This document shows, in pieces, positions 59,996-64,000 of a stretch of DNA of 64,000 nucleotides. The notes under the pieces are model-generated. The model made no database searches, was not told the DNA's origin, and saw only the letters and a program-made list of their open reading frames with translations. Each line of letters starts with the position of its first letter. Within the stretch, counting starts at the first letter, position 1. Both the position numbers and the translations under genes were made by a program. The DNA is from Candidatus Micrarchaeia archaeon (lineage in GTDB: Archaea; Micrarchaeota; Micrarchaeia; Micrarchaeales; Micrarchaeaceae). The stretch is taken from NCBI GenBank assembly GCA_049964795.1, contig JBMFWY010000002.1, positions 1-64,000 on the forward strand, in the 5' to 3' direction.

Positions 59996-62900
59996 TTACG
60001 GCAGCGTGAAGTTGTTGTGAACCCATGAGGGCTTTTGCACCACAGGCGGCAGCGAGCCCGTGAAATTGTCAAGCGAAAATATCCTTATAGGGTATGTACC
60101 GTTGACAAAGTTTATTCCTGTTGCGTTCTTCGGATACACTTGCGTGAATCCTGGCAAATTGCCCAGGAAAAACCCTTTGTAGTAATTCGAAGAGTAAAAC
60201 TCGCTGGGCGCATTGCTTATTGTGTCGTTTGGCCCATTCGGCGTGTATATCATAAGGAACTCCACAAGCGGCTCACCCTGCGCGTTTATTACTCCCAAGT
60301 ACGATGTGCCTTGTATATACGCATTTAGCTTTGTTCCATTGGTGCTGTAAACATTAAACAGCGTGCTTGCGCTGCTTTGCGGCTTTATGCAAACAGTTTC
60401 ATTGGAAAGGCTCTGCCCAACTACAAGGAGTGTTTTGATATACTGCGTAGTCGCGTTTGAAATCGAGCAGTACATGCTGAGAGAAGTGTTGACCTGTTCA
60501 AGAGCTTGCAGCGGCACAAGGGCAAATTGCGGATCGTGGTTTATCTCGCAAGGGGAAGTGCCAAGCACGTACGGCGCACCTGTACCTACTGCCTGCGCCT
60601 TTGCATACGCTTCCGAGGTAGCGTTTATGTCAACGCAAGCCAAAAAGTCAAGAGCCTGCCATTTACTTACAAGTCCTTGGCTAAAAAGCACATATTTTGT
60701 CTCGTTGGTATTCATCATGTTTGCAAGCCTTGAGACGTTGTAGCCATCCTTGGGGCCTAGAACAAAGCTTGCAGCAGTGGCGTAGTCTTCTTTAGGCTCC
60801 GCATTGTCTCCGCGAAGCACCGCATTGCTGTTCCCAAACCAGTTGATCCAGTCACCATAATCCCACCAGCTGAGAATTCTAGGTCCATAAGGTCCTACAT
60901 TGCTTCTCATCCAGGCAGCGGCAGAAAGCCAATAGCCTGGAACAGTATTGCAGAACATGCCGTAGCCTACGTTGAAGCCAGATGCAGCTATCGCGTTGCA
61001 TCCTGCCGAAGCAGTAGGCGCGCCGTAATAATAGATCGCAGAGACAAGGCTTGAAAATATACTTGCGCTTTCCCCAAACAGGAAGCTGTGCCTCAAAACA
61101 AGGACAGCAAGTATGGCTATTATTATCAATAATGCAAGCGCGTACAGTAGCCTGTTGTCGCTGCTCTTTGACCTGTATGCTTTGTATAGCACGTATCCAA
61201 GCGCAACAATAGAAGAGAGGAAGAAAAGGCCTATAGTGTATATTATTGTTGTGACATTCCTATTGCTTCCTAGCCTCTGCTCGGTAATCTGTGCTTCTTC
61301 TGTCTGCTCATTGCTCTCAAATTTGCTCGAGCCGAACTTGTTGCCAGATATAAAGAGAAGCTCTCCGAGTACTATGCAGAACATTAGTATATATGCTACG
61401 CCAAAATGGGGCAGATATTTTACCTCAAGGAAGCCCGCAATCATGAGTGGAAGCGCTATTGCTAGATACCATATCCAAACCTTCCTTTCATTGTATACAA
61501 AGTTTATGCTTATAGGGGCAAGTATTAGCGCTATTAGAAGCATAATTCTGTTGTTTGAGAATGCCTTGCTCTTGAGTATTTCTATTATAGGTATTATGTA
61601 AAGGAATGTTGCAATCACAAACCATAGAAGCAAAGGCATGCCTCCGATTTGAGGGGAAAGTATTCCAAAGCCATTTGCGCCAAAGTTGAACGAGATGCCG
61701 CTCGGCTCAAATTCGGCTACAGTCATGAACAGTGCGCTTGAAGGGGTGGTAAACTTGGCGCTCAAATTGAGGTAGCTTCTTACCGCGTTTCCAAGTGGCG
61801 TCACGGCTATTGCAATGATTGCAAGGACCATAAGCACAAGCCACCAGCCAAACCTGTTAGTAAAGTCATTGTGCTGGAATACAAACTTCCTTTTGTGCAG
61901 TTCCCTAAACCCATAATAAAGCAATGCCACGAAAAGCAGCGCAATTGTCGGCCCGCTTACTGTAAGCGGCACTCCAAGCACTCTAGGTATTTTGCCGCTC
62001 AAAGTTGCATGGTAAGGAGTGTAAGTAACCAGGAAAAGCGCTATTACTATTATGACTATTGCATTCATCTTGAAGAAATCCCTGTTGAGCGTTCCTTTTA
62101 TGTAGTCTATAGAGCCTTGCAGCAGGATATATATTATCAGGACCCCCGTGTCTACAGTATAGTAATGCGCACCGAGGAATGTAGAGGCAAAAGCTATTCC
62201 TGCAAGTATTGCAAGTCTGGTACTCTTCATATTCTTTACTGCAAGCATGTATGTAGCGAAGAAGAAGAACAGCGTGAATATCCCCCACGGCTCTAGAAGC
62301 TGCTCTCCTGCTATAAATGTGCTTACAAGGGTAGGCATCGTAGCGGTAAAAGATGCTCCAAGAAGCCCTATGTAAGGGTTGTATTCATGGTAAAGGAGCA
62401 TGAATATTGCGAATGCAAGAAGCGCCGCAACTATTGGGGGGTAAAAACTTGCAGTATAACTCATCAAAGAGGTGCTGAAAGCGCTGTTGTGCGCCACAAG
62501 AGCATTGGCAAGATCATACCAATACGCTTCTAGATATGGTATTAAGGGTTGTATCCTGTGGCTTGTTCCTGCCGCAACAATAGGCCATGCCGATGGATCA
62601 AGTAAGTACTGATAGCCCAAAGTCAATATGGAATGGGTGCTCATCATGTCGAAATAGGGATCAAACTCAAAGAAGTGTGGGCTTACCCCTATGTTCACTA
62701 TTCTCATGAAAAAGGCAAGAAGCATTATTATGGTGAGGACGCTCCATACAAGCTTCATGTTGTACTTTGTGCTTGCGGTATGCTGTGCACTGGCGCCTTC
62801 AAGCGAAGCGAGAAGGCTTGCCTCCTCTTTTTCATGGCCTTCTATGAGCTTGCGAAGCTCCTCTTCGTGCATCCTTTTGAGCTCTTCAAGCTCCTGTGGG

Positions 62901-63400
62901 CTTATGCCCTGCCTTGACTCCAGCTCATTTTTCTGCTTTTCTCCAAGCACTTTTTCCTCTTCCGTGTGCTTTAATATTATCTCTCTGGCGCTTTCAAAGC
63001 CGCGCAATTTTTCCCTTGTTTCTGCAAGCCTTGCTCTGTATTCGTTTTCTGCATGCGAAACTTCAGATAGCACAGAAGCCTTGCGATTTCTTGCACCTAT
63101 GCCGAAATCTGCAAAAACCCCTTGCTGATAGCAAAGCGCAGCGCCTATTATAGTAAGCAAAAGTGCGTTAGCATTAAACAAGCCAAGAGAGAACGAGAAT
63201 GCATGTACGTAATTTATAAGATAAGATTCGAGCCACGTAAGAGTAGGGGTTGCAATCAATCCGAATATGAAACCTATCGTTGCAATTTCAAATAGCTGCA
63301 GCTTTGTCTTCTTGAGAAGAGCAAAAGCGAAAAGCTCTCCAGGGATTGTAAGTGTTATAAATGCTACTATTATGGCAAGAAATATGCTAGCAAAACCCAT
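59996..63400 (-). CDS. aglB: oligosaccharyltransferase AglB (STT3) with an N-terminal TM plus coiled-coil extension
   Basis: FEFDPYF, TVAE, WWDYG; many TM helices. Confidence 0.9.
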   Translation of the reverse strand: MGFASIFLAIIVAFITLTIPGELFAFALLKKTKLQLFEIATIGFIFGLIATPTLTWLESYLINYVHAFSFSLGLFNANALLLTIIGAALCYQQGVFADFGIGARNRKASVLSEVSHAENEYRARLAETREKLRGFESAREIILKHTEEEKVLGEKQKNELESRQGISPQELEELKRMHEEELRKLIEGHEKEEASLLASLEGASAQHTASTKYNMKLVWSVLTIIMLLAFFMRIVNIGVSPHFFEFDPYFDMMSTHSILTLGYQYLLDPSAWPIVAAGTSHRIQPLIPYLEAYWYDLANALVAHNSAFSTSLMSYTASFYPPIVAALLAFAIFMLLYHEYNPYIGLLGASFTATMPTLVSTFIAGEQLLEPWGIFTLFFFFATYMLAVKNMKSTRLAILAGIAFASTFLGAHYYTVDTGVLIIYILLQGSIDYIKGTLNRDFFKMNAIVIIVIALFLVTYTPYHATLSGKIPRVLGVPLTVSGPTIALLFVALLYYGFRELHKRKFVFQHNDFTNRFGWWLVLMVLAIIAIAVTPLGNAVRSYLNLSAKFTTPSSALFMTVAEFEPSGISFNFGANGFGILSPQIGGMPLLLWFVIATFLYIIPIIEILKSKAFSNNRIMLLIALILAPISINFVYNERKVWIWYLAIALPLMIAGFLEVKYLPHFGVAYILMFCIVLGELLFISGNKFGSSKFESNEQTEEAQITEQRLGSNRNVTTIIYTIGLFFLSSIVALGYVLYKAYRSKSSDNRLLYALALLIIIAILAVLVLRHSFLFGESASIFSSLVSAIYYYGAPTASAGCNAIAASGFNVGYGMFCNTVPGYWLSAAAWMRSNVGPYGPRILSWWDYGDWINWFGNSNAVLRGDNAEPKEDYATAASFVLGPKDGYNVSRLANMMNTNETKYVLFSQGLVSKWQALDFLACVDINATSEAYAKAQAVGTGAPYVLGTSPCEINHDPQFALVPLQALEQVNTSLSMYCSISNATTQYIKTLLVVGQSLSNETVCIKPQSSASTLFNVYSTNGTKLNAYIQGTSYLGVINAQGEPLVEFLMIYTPNGPNDTISNAPSEFYSSNYYKGFFLGNLPGFTQVYPKNATGINFVNGTYPIRIFSLDNFTGSLPPVVQKPSWVHNNFTLP

Positions 63401-63442
63401 CTGAAACACTTTAAACTTTAATCCTGAGCCTCAACGCCTTCT

Positions 63443-64000
63443 TCAGCTGTTGAGTATAGATTTTGGAACTTCAAGCTTCTTTACCTCTCGATCTGGGAAC
63501 ACCGTGCCCGGAGGTGCTATCCTTACCTTTACACCTATTGCGCCATATTTCGGATACGCCGCAATCTTTGCCTCCCTTATTAGCGATGTAACTTCCCCTG
63601 CTTTTGGTATATAACCTATGCTTTTTCTCATTGTCTTGTGCTTTGCACCCTTCGCGGCAAGTTTTCCGCTAAGCACAATTTCTACGCCTATTGCGCCGTT
63701 GTCTATTATACTCTTCAGCATCTGCTGCATTATGCGCCTGGAGTTAATTCCCCTTTCAAGCTTTTCCGCGATATCTTTTGCCACAAGCATTGGCTCTAGC
63801 ATCTTATTTTCAACTTCCACTACGCTTATCTGCGGGTTTTGTATGCCAAACTTTTCCTTTATTGTTTCTGTAAGCTCGTTTATTACCTTTCCACCGGAGC
63901 CTATAGCTCTTCCGGGATAAAGAAGGTAAAGGGTTATCCTTGTTATTACAGGCGTTTTCTGTATCTCGACCCTTGAAAAGCCTGCCCTTGAAAGCGCGTT
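63443..64000 (-). CDS. rps3: 30S ribosomal protein S3, 5' end outside the window
   Basis: Frame open to the window edge: RAGFSRVEIQKTP, PGRAIGSGGK (KH domain), GVEIVLSGKL, GAIGVKVRI. Confidence 0.93.
   Translation of the reverse strand, partial: NALSRAGFSRVEIQKTPVITRITLYLLYPGRAIGSGGKVINELTETIKEKFGIQNPQISVVEVENKMLEPMLVAKDIAEKLERGINSRRIMQQMLKSIIDNGAIGVEIVLSGKLAAKGAKHKTMRKSIGYIPKAGEVTSLIREAKIAAYPKYGAIGVKVRIAPPGTVFPDREVKKLEVPKSILNS

Overview
This is an archaeal chromosomal segment, most consistent with a DPANN Micrarchaeota (ARMAN-like) genome. That assignment is an inference from the three-unit epsilon2-type tRNA splicing endonuclease with a GTYKVSGH loop, gyrAB, nuoABCD, the class III signal peptide LamG protein, and GGTG Shine-Dalgarno motifs. 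Most of the window is housekeeping: TldD/E, PriL, PCNA, RadA, GINS, TFE, aIF2a, ribosomal proteins, thermosome, Mre11, Lhr, gyrase, AglB, a stand-alone 5S rRNA and five tRNAs (Pro-CGG, Gly-CCC, iMet, Lys-CTT with a T-loop intron, Ile-TAT). An AT-richer accessory stretch lies between tRNA-Lys and tRNA-Ile and holds an IS5-family pseudogene, an orphan ORF and TrpRS. The most notable signals are: (1) apparent concerted erosion of tRNA T-loop modification (C55 tRNAs, degenerate Trm56, cbf5 and nop10 missing from their usual loci); (2) a prenyl-synthase homologue that lacks IPP-site residues and is paired with an orphan ORF; (3) a 933-aa tandem metallophosphoesterase/coiled-coil protein; (4) a PriL with a PriX-like, Fe-S-free C-terminus; (5) tRNA-Ile(UAU); (6) a compositionally mosaic pilin-LamG gene. 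All calls come from recognising motifs by eye; no searches were run.
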